NCBI GenBank assembly: GCA_002104945.1
Contig: MCFH01000029.1
Coordinates: forward strand, 1-64,000
Length of the DNA stretch: 64,000 nt
Origin: Piromyces finnis finn
Lineage: Eukaryota; Fungi; Neocallimastigomycota
Direction: 5' to 3'
Below the pieces are notes generated by a model that did not search any database, was not told where the DNA came from, and saw only the letters and a list, made by a program, of their open reading frames with translations. This document shows, in pieces, positions 51,401-63,505 of this stretch; positions within the stretch are counted from its first letter, which is position 1; every line of letters starts with the position of its first letter. The position numbers and the translations under genes were made by a program.

Positions 51401-53964
51401 ATTCATTACATCTTTTGTGGATGTAATCAATGAGCTTACGGTAGATTTTAATTCTTTTAATAAATTCATCTATATCATAAATTCTTTCTTTTTTAAATCT
51501 CTTATACAACTTCATTTTGATTTTTTGAAGATTAAAAATTTGTTGTGAAATATGAAATGAAGACTTTATAGCATTATTTGCTGAGGTAATACTGAGCTCG
51601 TCTGCAATTGAAAAAGCAGTTGAAGTAAATTCTTTGGAAAGATCATCTGTAGAAACATTAGGATCGTTGAATTTTGCTGAAAGTATTTGGAATTTATTAT
51701 GACTGAGAATAGATTCCTTTTCCTCAATACATTTTAATCTATTCCATTTCAGAATTTTCTTAGGAACGTTAAAGTCATTAGAAAAATCTTCCATAGGAAT
51801 AATTTTACCATTAATAAGAAGTGGCTTATGGTCTGATACAGGATAAAAATTATTTATAAATGATCCTGAGTGAATAAGATCTTTCATCTTCGAATTGATA
51901 AGAGCATGGTCAATGTCGGAAGATTGTTCACCTCGAGTCCAAGAGATAGTAGACCCTCTAAGCGGAAGAATTTCCCAATCTCCTAATCCATTAGTTGATA
52001 ACCAGTTGGATAATTTTACTTTAGACATATTAAAATCACCAACAAGAATCGATGGATGGGATGAATGAGTTTGTAACCACAAGCGAACTTCTAACTTTGC
52101 ATGATCAACATAGATGTTGTGATGACTATGAGGCATATAAACATTTCCAATCGAGCATTTGAATCTATTCCAGAGACTAAAAGTATAAATAGAAATAATA
52201 TACTTTCCAGAGAAGTTTTCAAGTGAGGCTTGACACGAATTGTGAAAACCTAAATATAAACCTCTCATTCCCGGAACTGATTCGTCAGCTTTCTTGAAAA
52301 AGTGTCTATAGTTTCGCAAAGTAACACGACAAGGATAATCTGTATTCGAACCAGAACCATTACCAGTTTCTTGGAAACATAAGAATAATGGTTTGAAAAT
52401 AGCTGTGAAATAGCTAATACTATCTCTCTTTTCATGATTCCACCCATTGGTGTTCCAACTAAGACAAAAAGAAAAGTTATCAGGCTTGTTGGATGAGGAA
52501 GAATCGTTGCTATTATTATTATTATTAAAGTCATCGTTATTAATGGATGATGCATCAGAGGAATAAGTAGAACTATTACTAGATGGCTGTGAAACTGAAG
52601 AACTATCAACTATTGAACTGTTATCAGAGTTGATAGAACTATTAGAATTAATTGTTGAATGTTGAGATTGAAATTGTGTTTGCTGTAGATCTGGAATATT
52701 TTCATGATGGGAAACTTGTTGAAGATCCTGTTGAAGATCTCGTTGAAGATCGGATTGTTGATGAGATTGTTGAACTGATTGTTGAACTGATTGTTGAAAT
52801 GATTGTTGAATAGAATGTTGATGTTTATTAGAAACTAAAATTTTACGTTTGAGAGTGGAAAAAGTGTATTTGTGATTCCTTCTACTACGAGCTGAAAAGG
52901 AAATTGAGGTAACTGAAAGTTTCTTCTTTAACATGTGTAAGATTTTAATACAATCTTTTGATGAACCATGAACCTTGACTAAGAAAAAGTGATCATTGAA
53001 AGTTTGAAAATATTTAACACTAATAACTGAATTAAATTTATCTTCTAGAATAACCTCGAGTTTTTCCCATAGCATATTTACTGACCATGATCGAATACCA
53101 CGGATAAAGAAGGAGCGAATATCATCTAAGGGGATACCATAAGACCGGGTACCACGTCTGATATAATTCTTATCTTTAATATAAAGGACTGACATGATAA
53201 TAAATTCTAATTAAAAAATATTGAATATAAAATAAATACTAATAAAAATTACAAATATAACGTATATGGAAAAAAATCTGTCTCTCTCTCTCTTCTTAAA
53301 AGTACTGGATAGTACAAAAATTGTTACGATGCTTTGTTTAAAGTTTCTTATTTTTTGAATTCTAGTTGTAAATTTTCTTTAAAAATTCTAGTTTTGGTTT
53401 GTTGTTAGTAAATTCGATTCGCTTTTTGACACTAAACTTGTTTGACTTTACTTTTCATTAAATATTTAAATTGGTAAAAAATTTGAATCAAGAATGTCGA
53501 CACCAGAAAGCTTGTGAATAGTATTTTTACATGATGTAGAGTGAATCAGTCTCTTACAAGAAACAATACAACAATAGCTACATGAATATAAAAGTACAAT
53601 GCAAATGCTAAAGTTGACTACATTGGATTCTTACAAGAGAAGAGTAGTACTACATGAATACATGAATAAAAGAAAAAATACAGCAACAAAATGTATTACT
53701 CTTCTAATTAAATACTATACAAACTTACCTGAAAAATCAAACATTCACTTATTCATCAAATACTTAAATTTGATGAATAAAATGTTTTTTAATCGCTCAG
53801 TACCATGAGCTTAGTCCTAATAATTTTCCCTTGAAGACTAACCAAGCATCCATTGCGCAATGCTTGGATTTAATTCTTTCTACTCTCTCAGTACCATGAG
53901 CATGAGTAGACCCCCTTGAGAAATTACATTTATTAAATAAATGAAGGCACATTCCTAAGAGGGC
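48406..53964 (-). mobile_element. Full-length LINE family A copy A2
   Basis: T24 tail and intact ORF. Its 5' end coincides with the base of the first module stem. It is flanked by a 68-bp duplication. Confidence 0.93.
48669..53195 (-). CDS. Intact single-ORF LINE protein: N-terminal domain, APE endonuclease, RT, C-terminal CCHC finger (1508 aa)
   Basis: WNTNGW, FQET, GDFN, DIDH, SDH; FLDLRKAYDSV, QGCPLSP, LFADD; CPCC...HWLLDC. Confidence 0.97.
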   Translation of the reverse strand: MSVLYIKDKNYIRRGTRSYGIPLDDIRSFFIRGIRSWSVNMLWEKLEVILEDKFNSVISVKYFQTFNDHFFLVKVHGSSKDCIKILHMLKKKLSVTSISFSARSRRNHKYTFSTLKRKILVSNKHQHSIQQSFQQSVQQSVQQSHQQSDLQRDLQQDLQQVSHHENIPDLQQTQFQSQHSTINSNSSINSDNSSIVDSSSVSQPSSNSSTYSSDASSINNDDFNNNNNSNDSSSSNKPDNFSFCLSWNTNGWNHEKRDSISYFTAIFKPLFLCFQETGNGSGSNTDYPCRVTLRNYRHFFKKADESVPGMRGLYLGFHNSCQASLENFSGKYIISIYTFSLWNRFKCSIGNVYMPHSHHNIYVDHAKLEVRLWLQTHSSHPSILVGDFNMSKVKLSNWLSTNGLGDWEILPLRGSTISWTRGEQSSDIDHALINSKMKDLIHSGSFINNFYPVSDHKPLLINGKIIPMEDFSNDFNVPKKILKWNRLKCIEEKESILSHNKFQILSAKFNDPNVSTDDLSKEFTSTAFSIADELSITSANNAIKSSFHISQQIFNLQKIKMKLYKRFKKERIYDIDEFIKRIKIYRKLIDYIHKRCNEFRKQEYLHWIKTGCEYMKSHNPKKAWKWIKKTAKIGKDSFFIAQPIKNKNGELVVATEEQLDVWHDHFENLASDPSGVSLDLEHWYEEPTNKRFSLPMLDEWDINQDISIDEVKSAILSTPNYKASGPDGIPIEFYKALIPSSNDSNNATDNNSSGNTTSDNDAYGLNFILKLYNRIWDGDFPNSWNESSIVSIPKKGDLTDCDNYRGISLINNGIKLISKIVTTRISEYGLKNNFIRPEQFGFRKKEESISLFISIQEICRRRQLDNKETYLAFLDLRKAYDSVPIGNILHKLDCLGIRGKSLQFIKNLYLTSKANVKLDGQFSKSFDVKKGVRQGCPLSPILFNLFINDIFKECEDLGVSLGDTRCCGGLFADDIVICAPTRGCLKKMLRRVNEWALYNEMEFGIQKCSTMVIRPESIENQNKRDPTFYLAGQPIPTTDCYTYLGVPFDKNLSLKPVIKALNNKVLKGLFSVSKFLRNPNIPIPFKKLVLNSQVISRVSYFAPLLGSNKARSRIAQKHVNKGIRWVAGVHKAVSFISLYSISKDLNIPPLSAKCALAQVRCFNKWKNSNCIISYLVNYIPKFRKYTWCKSSRTLDKKLKKHGDVKAVKNFYWKDLKGNSIKAQYYDDNKFIETKDFIKLCYEYPEFAYGFYWLLKARSGYKLDARVAKAAKFVDPVCPNYCPCCKCGDQSIKHWLLDCPTFRDIRIKHYDSIVQLLNFFSQRNSNSPINNNEIDNISRDSNNINSNSNNSNNNNSNSNNSNNNNSSNRNNNISNDSNSEDNNSNLDSNLVNDSNSSNNPVNINVYDYSSVCSKIFKFLLGGRSFNNINYNSREWKELCKRQIQSGTNEGTPFLTVTAELLTKIMPFAIGQQWSMFKRFEATSKSVNAEETVRQARRASATNGDHNFVP

Positions 53965-55384
53965 ACCAAGCATCCATTGCGCAATACTTGGATTTAATTC
54001 TTTCTACTCTCTCAGTACCATGAGCATGAGTAGACCCCCTTGAGAAACTACATTTATTAAATAAATGAAGGCACGTTCCCAAGAGGGATTTATTGCCTTT
54101 AAATCATTTAAACATTGATTCTATTTTATTGTTGAAAAAAAAAAAAAAAAGTTTAACGCATTAACCATCAAAAAATAGAAATTTTCAATTTTCTTTATTT
54201 GAATTTTATATAATATTATTTAATATCAATACTATAATCCATATTCATTGTTCTTTTTTTTATACTATTTCAACACACAAAAAATTTATTCAAAATTATT
54301 TATATTTTTTTGTATATAAAAATTTTTATTAAAATTTAATAATATTTAATGATATTAATAAAAGAATAAATATAAAAGTAAATTATATTCAATTCAATTT
54401 ACTAATAATAAATATCTTAAAAAAAGATATCATTAGAATTACATTATCATGAATAATTATAAATTATAAAGTATTTTTAAAAAAAATTGAAATAATATAA
54501 AATATAAATTAATATATTTGTTTTGTCAAATTAAAATATTAAAACTAAAAAACTATAATTATTGCTTTAAAAAAAATGCAAATTATGATTTTAAAATTTC
54601 TTTTAAATAAAAGTATTTAATTTTGTTTAAATTAAAAAATTATTTGTTTAAATAGTTAATTTAGATTTTGTTTGCTTTTTTTCATTTTTTTTAATTATTT
54701 GGATTTGTGCTTTAAAATTCTAAAAAGGTATGTAGTTGACCTTTAGTATAAACAATTTATTATGCTCGACTAATTTCATAAACTTGTTGGTATTGGTGAA
54801 ATTTTTATTACTTTTAGTGTAGTTAATAAATTTTGTTGCTTCTTTAGGATAAGATGGATTTCACTGGTAAAAAATCTTATAGTATTGCCTTTTATGCTTG
54901 GCTATTATAATTAGATAGCGCGTAAATGTTGATTTAGATTGAATATATACAATTCACATGATATATATAATTTACTTGACTTTAAAATAGCATTAGCTAT
55001 CTATTTATAATAAATTATAGAAGTATTATTGTTGATAATTATTATTTTTAAAGAGTTTAAAATTAATTTAAGTTTAACAATATTTGGTTGATAATTCTTT
55101 AAAATCATATTTTGGCGGAATTTTTAAAAAAGAGAATAGTTTTTAATTAGCTCCATTTTAGTTAATTAAATCTAAAAATATAATATATTTTAAATTCTAA
55201 AGCAAATAGGTTTTTTTCTTTTAGAAAATGCTATAGAATGTATAAAAAACATATTATAAATATTAATTTTTGCATATATTAACTTGGTGTTTTTTTAAAA
55301 CTTCAATTTTTTAAAAAAAATTATAAATTATAATTCATCCATTATATATTGCATTCTGTTTTTAAAAAAGGAATTTAACTGTTT

Positions 55385-57292
55385 TTAATTTTTAGCTTGC
55401 TTTAATCTTTCTTCTAAAGCATCTAATTCAGCAGAAAGTTTAGCTGGTAAACGATCACCAAATTGTGAGTGATATTCACGAATCTTTACAACTTCACTTA
55501 AATAAGCGTCAATATCAACAGTTAAAATCTTTTGTAAATCTTCTCTTGGGAGATCATCTAATCCGGTTAAATCAAGAGATTCAATGGTTGGAAGGTAACC
55601 AACTGGAGTTTCAACAGCAGATCCTTCCTTACCTTCAATACGGTCAATTATCCATTTTAATACACGAGAATTATCACCATAACCTGGCCATAAGAATCTA
55701 CCATTATCCTTACGGAACCAGTTTACATTGAAAATCTTTGGTAATGTATTTGGATCCTTAACCTTATCTACAAAGGATAACCAATATCCAAAGTAGTCTC
55801 CCATATTGTAACCACAGAATGGCAACATAGCAAATGGATCGAATCTAAGAGTACCTTGAGTACCTTCAGCTGCAGCTGTTCTTTCAGAAGCAACTGAAGC
55901 ACCCAAGAGTACACCATGACACCAATCACGAGATTGTAAAACTAATGGAACAGTACTTTCTCTTCTTCCACCAAATATGATGGCAGAAACAGGGACAGGC
56001 TTACAGCCATTTTCATAATACTCCTTATCAGCAACAGGACAATTTTCAGCATAAGCAGTAAATCTTGAGTTAGGATGAGCTAATGGTAAAGCATCAATTT
56101 GATTAGTTTCAGCATTAAATTCTTTTCCTAACCAATTAATGATTTTACCCTTTGGATATTCCTTGCTCATTCCTTCCCACCAGATATCACCATCTTCAGT
56201 TAAAGCAACATTTGTAAATATGGTATCTTTAGAACAAGATAACATAGCATTTGGATTAGATTTCATTGAAGTACCTGGTGCAACTCCAAAGAAACCAGCT
56301 TCAGGATTAATAGCGTATAAACGACCATCTTCCTTATTAAGCTTTAACCAAGCAATATCATCACCAACACATTCAACCTTCCAACCTTCTAATGTTGGGT
56401 TTAACATAGCTAAATTAGTCTTACCACAAGCACTAGGGAAGGCAGCACAAACATAATACTTTTTGTTTTCAGGACTAGTCAAACCTAAAATTAACATGTG
56501 TTCAGCTAAAGCATTACCTTCTTCATGGCACATCTTTGTAGCAATACGTAAAGCAAAGCATTTCTTACCAAGTAAAGCATTACCACCATAACCTGAACCA
56601 AAGGACCAGATTTGATGAGATTCTGGGAATTGAACAATGTACTTGGTTTGATTGCATGGCCATGAAAGATCTTTTTCACCCTTTTCTAATGGATGGCCGA
56701 CACTATGAACACATGGAATAAATTCTTGATCTTCCTTTAAAGCTTCTAAGACAGCCTTACCCATCTTAGTCATAATTCTCATATTAACAACTACATATCC
56801 AGAATCAGATAATTCAATACCAATACGAGATTGGTCACCACCAACTGGACCCATAGAGAATGGAATAACATAAAGGGTTCTACCCTTCATACATCCATTA
56901 AATTTTTCATTGAGAATTGCTCTCATCTTATTTGGTTCCATCCAATTGTTAGTTGGACCAGCATCCTTTTCATTTTCAGAGCAAATGTAGGTACATTTTT
57001 CAACTCTGGCAACATCAGATGGGTCAGATCTAGCTAAGTAGCAATTTGGTCTCTTTTGATCATTTAACTTGGTAAAGACACCACTTTTAACTAAACCATC
57101 AAGAATTTCTTGATTTTCTTCTAAGGAACCATCACAAATCCAAACATTTTCAGGTTTTAAAAGTTCGACTTTTTCAGCAATCCAGTTTTTGAGCTTGTCA
57201 TTCTTTTCAATTAAGTGGTAGTTACGGTAGCTCATGTTTCCAACGGTAGTGAAAGCAGAGGTGGTGTTAACGGAGGCAGTAGCAGAAGACAT
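55385..57292 (-). CDS. pckG: Phosphoenolpyruvate carboxykinase, GTP-dependent (intronless)
   Basis: Signature motifs [61 protein letters not shown] and NWFRKD. Confidence 0.98.
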   Translation of the reverse strand: MSSATASVNTTSAFTTVGNMSYRNYHLIEKNDKLKNWIAEKVELLKPENVWICDGSLEENQEILDGLVKSGVFTKLNDQKRPNCYLARSDPSDVARVEKCTYICSENEKDAGPTNNWMEPNKMRAILNEKFNGCMKGRTLYVIPFSMGPVGGDQSRIGIELSDSGYVVVNMRIMTKMGKAVLEALKEDQEFIPCVHSVGHPLEKGEKDLSWPCNQTKYIVQFPESHQIWSFGSGYGGNALLGKKCFALRIATKMCHEEGNALAEHMLILGLTSPENKKYYVCAAFPSACGKTNLAMLNPTLEGWKVECVGDDIAWLKLNKEDGRLYAINPEAGFFGVAPGTSMKSNPNAMLSCSKDTIFTNVALTEDGDIWWEGMSKEYPKGKIINWLGKEFNAETNQIDALPLAHPNSRFTAYAENCPVADKEYYENGCKPVPVSAIIFGGRRESTVPLVLQSRDWCHGVLLGASVASERTAAAEGTQGTLRFDPFAMLPFCGYNMGDYFGYWLSFVDKVKDPNTLPKIFNVNWFRKDNGRFLWPGYGDNSRVLKWIIDRIEGKEGSAVETPVGYLPTIESLDLTGLDDLPREDLQKILTVDIDAYLSEVVKIREYHSQFGDRLPAKLSAELDALEERLKQAKN

Positions 57293-57580
57293 TTTTAATT
57301 GATGTTTTTTAAAAATTTGAAAAAATTAAATTGGTAAGTGTTTTTAAAAAGTTTAATACTAAAGCGTTAAAAATATGGAAAAATATTAAAACAAAAGTTT
57401 TAAATATTTAAAAGTGTAAAAAAATAGGTTTTAATTTGTTTTGAAAAAAAACTAAGCACGAGAAACGAGTTTGAAATTAAAAGAAAGTCTTTCTTTTAAT
57501 AGTTGATTTGTTTGGAATTTTATTACTTAATAAAATGTAAAATCGGCAAAGAAATAAGAAAAAAGGGAACTTTTGAAGTC

Positions 57581-57588
57581 TATTTATA
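57581..57588 (-). promoter_or_regulatory. Candidate TATA box for PEPCK
   Basis: GAG-TATAAATA-GAC on the minus strand, ~290 bp upstream of the ATG. Weak evidence in such AT-rich DNA. Confidence 0.4.
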
Positions 57589-59234
57589 CTCTTTTGATTT
57601 CATTCCATCCTCTTCTTAATTACATTACATTTTATTTACATTATTAGCAATAACAATAAATGTATCAGCAAACTTAAATTTTATTTCATTTCCACCTATA
57701 TATTATCATATATTAGTATATATTTAAATTTATTTAATTCATTATAATTATTAACTAACCACCTTAAAAACCTAAAATTGGAAATATTTTTTTAAAAAGA
57801 ATAAGATTATTAAAAATTTTTTAATCTATTTTATTTATTATTTGTGTAATTTTAAAAAAAAAGTAATAAAAAAGTTTAAATATATTAAATGAATGTATTA
57901 AACTACTATATTAATTTATTATATTATATTGGTATATATAATTGAAATTCATTCTAATATACAGTTATTGTATATATTCAGAAAGTATTGATTTAAATTC
58001 CAATTATTCTTTTACTGATTTTGTGTTACATTGTCAATGAAAGTTAAATATTGAAGGCATAAAAAAATTATCGTAGAATAAAGCAAAACATGACATCATA
58101 ATTATTAAATTTTTATAAATCTAATCCTTATTATAGAAAATAGTATTAAATAATAATAAATTAAATTTTACTATTTCATGGAATGTATTATGATATATGA
58201 CAGCAATATAATTATAATATAATAAAAATAAGATTAAATGATCAATTATTTATAAAGATCAAATAAATAATAAACTATTGAAATGCTAATTTAAAGGAAA
58301 AATCTTTTTTTACCTGGTTTTGTTTTACCATAAATTAATCCACTTAAAAATTATATTTTTAATATTTAAAAAAGATTTAGCTTATTGTATATCATTCAAA
58401 AGTTCATTTCATACTCTATATTTCTAAATATAAAAAAAACTAAGGAATAAAAAAAATATGAATTTTTAGTTATTAAATAAAGAAAATAATAAATAAACAT
58501 ACCTTCATTTGCAACAAACACCATAGAAAAAAACATATAATTATCAAAAATCTAAATAATAAAAATTAACTATATTTTCATTATATTCCAATATATTTTA
58601 GAAATATATTTGATTAAATTAAATTAAATTAATTAATTAATATATTATTACATTTTTATTAAAACTTTATAAGATGGTAAAAAATTTAAGATCTATTTTT
58701 TAAAAATAATATTAAATAATTACATAAAAATACCAAATATAGTAATATTTATAAATATTAGCCCGAGAAGAGTATGATTATAAATAATAAAACAAATAAA
58801 TAATAAAATAAATAAATATTATTAATTAAATAAATAAACAATAAAATAAATAAATAAGTAGTAAAATAAATAAATAAATATTATTAAATAAATAAATAAT
58901 AAAATAAATAAATATTATTAATTAAATAAATAAACAATAGAATAATTAAATAAATAATATAAATAAATAATAATATTTATATAAATATTCAATGATTAAA
59001 TGAATAAAAGAAATCACATAAAAAAAGGTATTAATACATATATTAAATAAATAGAGAAATAAAAAAAATGATTTATTAGTATTATAATCAAAAAAAAAAA
59101 AAATTAAACTATGAATGTATAATATTAGGAAAAAAGATTTATTTTTAAAATAGTTTATTTGATGCATTGCTTTTTTTTTTTTGTTATTTATATTTTATCA
59201 TAAGCCAAAAAGTAATTAATATTTCTAGTTATAT

Positions 59235-60633
59235 TTACATTACAAGCAATACCAACAATGTAAACAATAAAATCATGTACTTAGAATTTTTAGTATGGAC
59301 TATGTTAGTTATGTTTTCATTATGAATTAAAAAAGATTGTATGGCCAATTCCTTATATAATTTTTCATAGTAATTCTTTGGAATAATAAATGAAGAAAGG
59401 ATGAAAATATCCTGTTTTTCAAACTCTTTTTCTTTTTAGTTTATTATATTCTTATTATTATTTACATAAAGTTAGCTAATTACCTAGTCCTTCATTTACT
59501 CTTACAAATAATGCACTTTTACTTATTTCAATACATCTTTTATATAATAAATTAAACTATTTACTATATTATTAATTCATTCATCATATATTATTATTTA
59601 TTTATTTAAATTATTTAATGATAATTTACTCTTGGACTATATATAAATATGGGAAACATATAAAATGGAATGTTTATAATTAAATATAAAGTGCATCTTA
59701 TTAATATAATTATAAAATTAATTTCTAGCCTTTATTTTTAATTTATTTATATATAACCTTAAATTATAACTAATTTTTTAAAAAAAAAAAAAAGGAACTT
59801 TAAAAAGAATAGAATAGAACAAAAAATAATATTAATAGAATGAAATGGAATTAAATTTTGATCAACCCTAACATCATTATAATTAAATCGTATGTAAAGG
59901 GTTTTTTGATAATGTTTATAGTAACACTAATGAATAAATAAATAAAAAGAGCAATTAATAATAATAGCTATTAAAGATATCTTTTAATACAGCATATTAT
60001 TTAAGCTAAATACTCACTTTACTATAATTATAATTTCATATATAAACACTTTTTTTTTCTTTTAATCCTTGCCAATTCATTAAAAACATTATGGTTGATC
60101 AAGGTTTTACCACCATTACACAAATTAATTAAATCAGAATAAATAAATAATGTAGATTATAAATATTTTATAGTATAAATAAATAATTAAATTATTTATT
60201 AATAAAATTTAAGTATCAATGTAAATATGAATTTCTTTTTTTTATTATTTATTTATTTATTTAAAAGATTTTATTAGTAGTATTTATTAGTAACAATAGT
60301 AGTGTAGTAATAATGACAATAGTAATAGTAATGGTATATTTAATTCTCATTATAAATAGAATTAATAGTATTACTACAATAACTGTAATTGTTGTTGTTA
60401 TGTTATGGCAAATAATTTATATCCACCCCTTTTTTTAAAAAATTTTTTATTCCTCTTTTTCCTTTTTTTAAAAAAAAAAAAAAGAAAATATAAAATTACA
60501 CAAAAATAATTAAATTAATTAAATTTCAATTCATATTACACAATAAAGCAAGTATTAATGGTAACTTTAGCTTTATAAGAAAAATTAGCAGCAGAAAGAT
60601 TATTTTTTTGTAATTTTGCTTATGTTGCACCAT
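59235..60633 (-). CDS. Probable small spliced gene, possibly secreted or GPI-anchored; upstream exons unresolved
   Basis: Exons 59536-59484 and 59431-59235 join in frame across a 52-bp GT...AG intron with GCTAAC and end in a hydrophobic tail (YMILLFTLLVLLVM*). A signal-peptide-like start lies at 60633 (MVQHKQNYKKIIFLLLIFL); I could not link it to these exons. Confidence 0.35.
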
Positions 60634-61339
60634 TTTATTATTTAACTTTCTTTATAAAAATAAAATAAATATTAATTAGAAGTTTAACTATTATTTAAAA
60701 AGAAAAAGCATTAAATAAAGTTCTTTATTTGTTTACTTTGGTGTTTTATTTTTCTTTTTAGTTTATTATTTTCCTATATATTAAATAAAACAATAAATAA
60801 ATTATTTTTTATTATTCAATAGTTATATTTAATATTATTTATTTTCTATATTATTTATTATTATTATTATTTATTATTATTATTCAATATTTAATTTCTT
60901 TTTTAAAAAGATACTTTTATTGATCTAAAATAGCCAATCATATTTTAGAGCATATTAAAAATATTATGAGAAATTAAATATAATAGTTAAAGTAGAGTTT
61001 AATAAAATTTATTATTATAAATGGTAATGAAATATAAAGTGAAATATATCTCTTTGTATTATAATATATAAATGTTTTGACAAATTTATATATTTTATTT
61101 ATTTTAATACAAAAGAAATGATAAAATGGTAAGAGCATAGAACCTTTTTCCAAAGTTGCCATTTATATACATAATTACCAAATCACAAGATCTCTTTAAA
61201 CTTTTTAAACTTTTACATAAATATTGAAGTGCGATTGAATCTTCTATATATAAAAAAAACTTAGCATTCTTTTAGAAAATAATGGATGGTGAGTTTTATG
61301 GACTAGAAATTTTAGGGAAAGGAAGAAAGAGGGAAAGAA

Positions 61340-61340
61340 T

Positions 61341-61399
<59 letters not shown>

Positions 61400-61594
61400 T
61401 TATTTATTATTTATTATTTATTTATTATTTATTATTTATTATTTATTATTTATTTATTATTTATTATTTATTTATTATTTATTTATTTATTTATTTATTT
61501 ATTATTTATTTATTTATTTATTATTTATTTATTTGTTTATTATTTATTTATTTATTTATTTATTATTTATTTATTTATTTGTTTGTTTGTTTGT

Positions 61595-61653
<59 letters not shown>

Positions 61654-61655
61654 TT
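61340..61655. repeat. (TTTA)n compound microsatellite with TTA and TTTG variants
   Basis: Direct reading. Confidence 0.95.
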
Positions 61656-63022
61656 TTATAAATACCATTATTTATACTTTTTTTTTTTTCTTAAATAAAT
61701 AATGAATATAAATAAAATTACTTTTTTTTCGCTTGATAGTAATAAATTGTATTTTGGGTAGTATATTACAAATATATCTTCTATTTTATTGTAAAAATAA
61801 TAAAAGATTAAAAAAGTCCAGCTATTATTTTAATTTATTATAGGTAAAACATAACTGCATAACTGCATAATTAAGAATTAAAAGAATAGATTTAATTAGT
61901 CATAAAAAGTTTTGTTGAATGTTGAATAATTATAATTACTTTTTTTTTTAATTATTTAAATATATATTATATTAAATAAAAATAAATATAAACAAATATT
62001 CAAAATAAAAATATAGGAATTGAAATGAAAAGGAAACATACAATACTTGTTATGTCTAACATCTACTTTAAATAATTTGATTATAATAATTTATCATACA
62101 ATACATATAAATTGAAAATAAAATTAAAATATTATCCATACCTTACATTACATACATATACATATTTATACATTGAATACATTATAATTCTTTGTTATTT
62201 TTGTTATTTTTTCATTAAAGCTATAGGATTAGATTATATTAAAAAGGTTAGAGTATTTAAAAAAAAAACTTTTTTTTTTTGTTATTATTTTTGAACAAGA
62301 AACAGAAATTGTTTGTTTGTTGTTGTTATTATTAAATGTTATATCATTATCAATATTGTATTTATTATATTTATTTATAATAATTATTAAACCATTTTAT
62401 TATTTTTTTAGTATTACCAATATTAAAATTTTATTTTTAAAAAAAGTTTATTGAAAGGCATGTAATTACAACGAAATAGCATAAATATATTCATATAATA
62501 TTAAAATTATTAAGATAATAATTTTAAGTAAAAATACATCAAGACTATCAAATAAATAAAAGAGATAATTGTAAATGAGTCCAAAGTAAGGTTATATACT
62601 CAATTATAAATTTCATTTTTTTCTTTTTTTTTGTGATAAATATTACGAAAATAATAATATCAGTAATATTAAAAATTAAAATATTAATTACTTTATATTT
62701 AATTATTATATGAGTAATAATCATTTCATGTATCATAACTATTTATATCTTCACATTTATATGAAAAACAACATGAAATATTCTTTTTTATTTATTTATT
62801 AATTTTCAATACGAGTATTTTTTAATAACATTAAAAATATTAAAAAGTAACATTCTCTTAAAAATGTTATTTGACAACTATATGATTTGATATTTATTAT
62901 CTATTTCTTATATAACTTTTGAAATTAGATTATTTAATAATAATAAAAGAAAAAATTATAATATTATTATCGTTTACAAAGTATTTTATTTTATAATTCA
63001 ATGTGTGTTGGTTTGATAAGTA

Positions 63023-63041
63023 TAACTAACCAACAACTAAA

Positions 63042-63108
<67 letters not shown>

Positions 63109-63117
63109 CTAACTAAC

Positions 63118-63164
<47 letters not shown>

Positions 63165-63293
63165 CTAACTAACTAACTAACTAATTAACTAACTAACTAA
63201 CTAACTAACTAAATAACTAAATAAATAAATAAATAAATAACTAACTAACTAACTAAATAAATAAATAAATAAATAACTAACTAACTAACTAAT

Positions 63294-63358
<65 letters not shown>

Positions 63359-63401
63359 AACTAACTAACTAACTAATTAACTAACTAACTAACTAACTAA
63401 C

Positions 63402-63476
<75 letters not shown>

Positions 63477-63505
63477 ATAAATAACTAAATAAATAAATAA
63501 ATAAA
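63023..63505. repeat. Compound (TAAA)n/(TAAC)n microsatellite
   Basis: Alternating blocks of TAAA and TAAC. Confidence 0.95.

Larger units (their letters stand above)
37020..54087 (-). mobile_element. LINE family A copy A1 (body 37020-42541; distal 5' end displaced to 48390-48405 and 54033-54087 by nested B and A2)
   Basis: T22 tail, 3' UTR, split ORF and 5' UTR matching A2. The distal module carries the A1-type ATACTTGG allele. Confidence 0.85.

Noticed and set aside
53794-53963. Hammerhead or HDV-like ribozyme in the LINE 5' module
   Set aside because: No CUGANGA plus GAAA core with a stem II, and no HDV-type P3/L3 or P4, although the stem order is superficially similar.
54033-54087. Hairpin ribozyme loop B on the plus strand (AGAAAC ... 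GCACRTTCC)
   Set aside because: No loop A (NGAA / N^GUC) was found, the C25-equivalent is T in copy A2, and wobble pairs favour the opposite strand.
61282-61698. 138-aa hydrophobic protein
   Set aside because: It is a translation of the (TTTA)n microsatellite.
63023-63505. Telomeric or interstitial telomeric repeat
   Set aside because: The units are TAAA/TAAC without G runs, and ordinary sequence follows.
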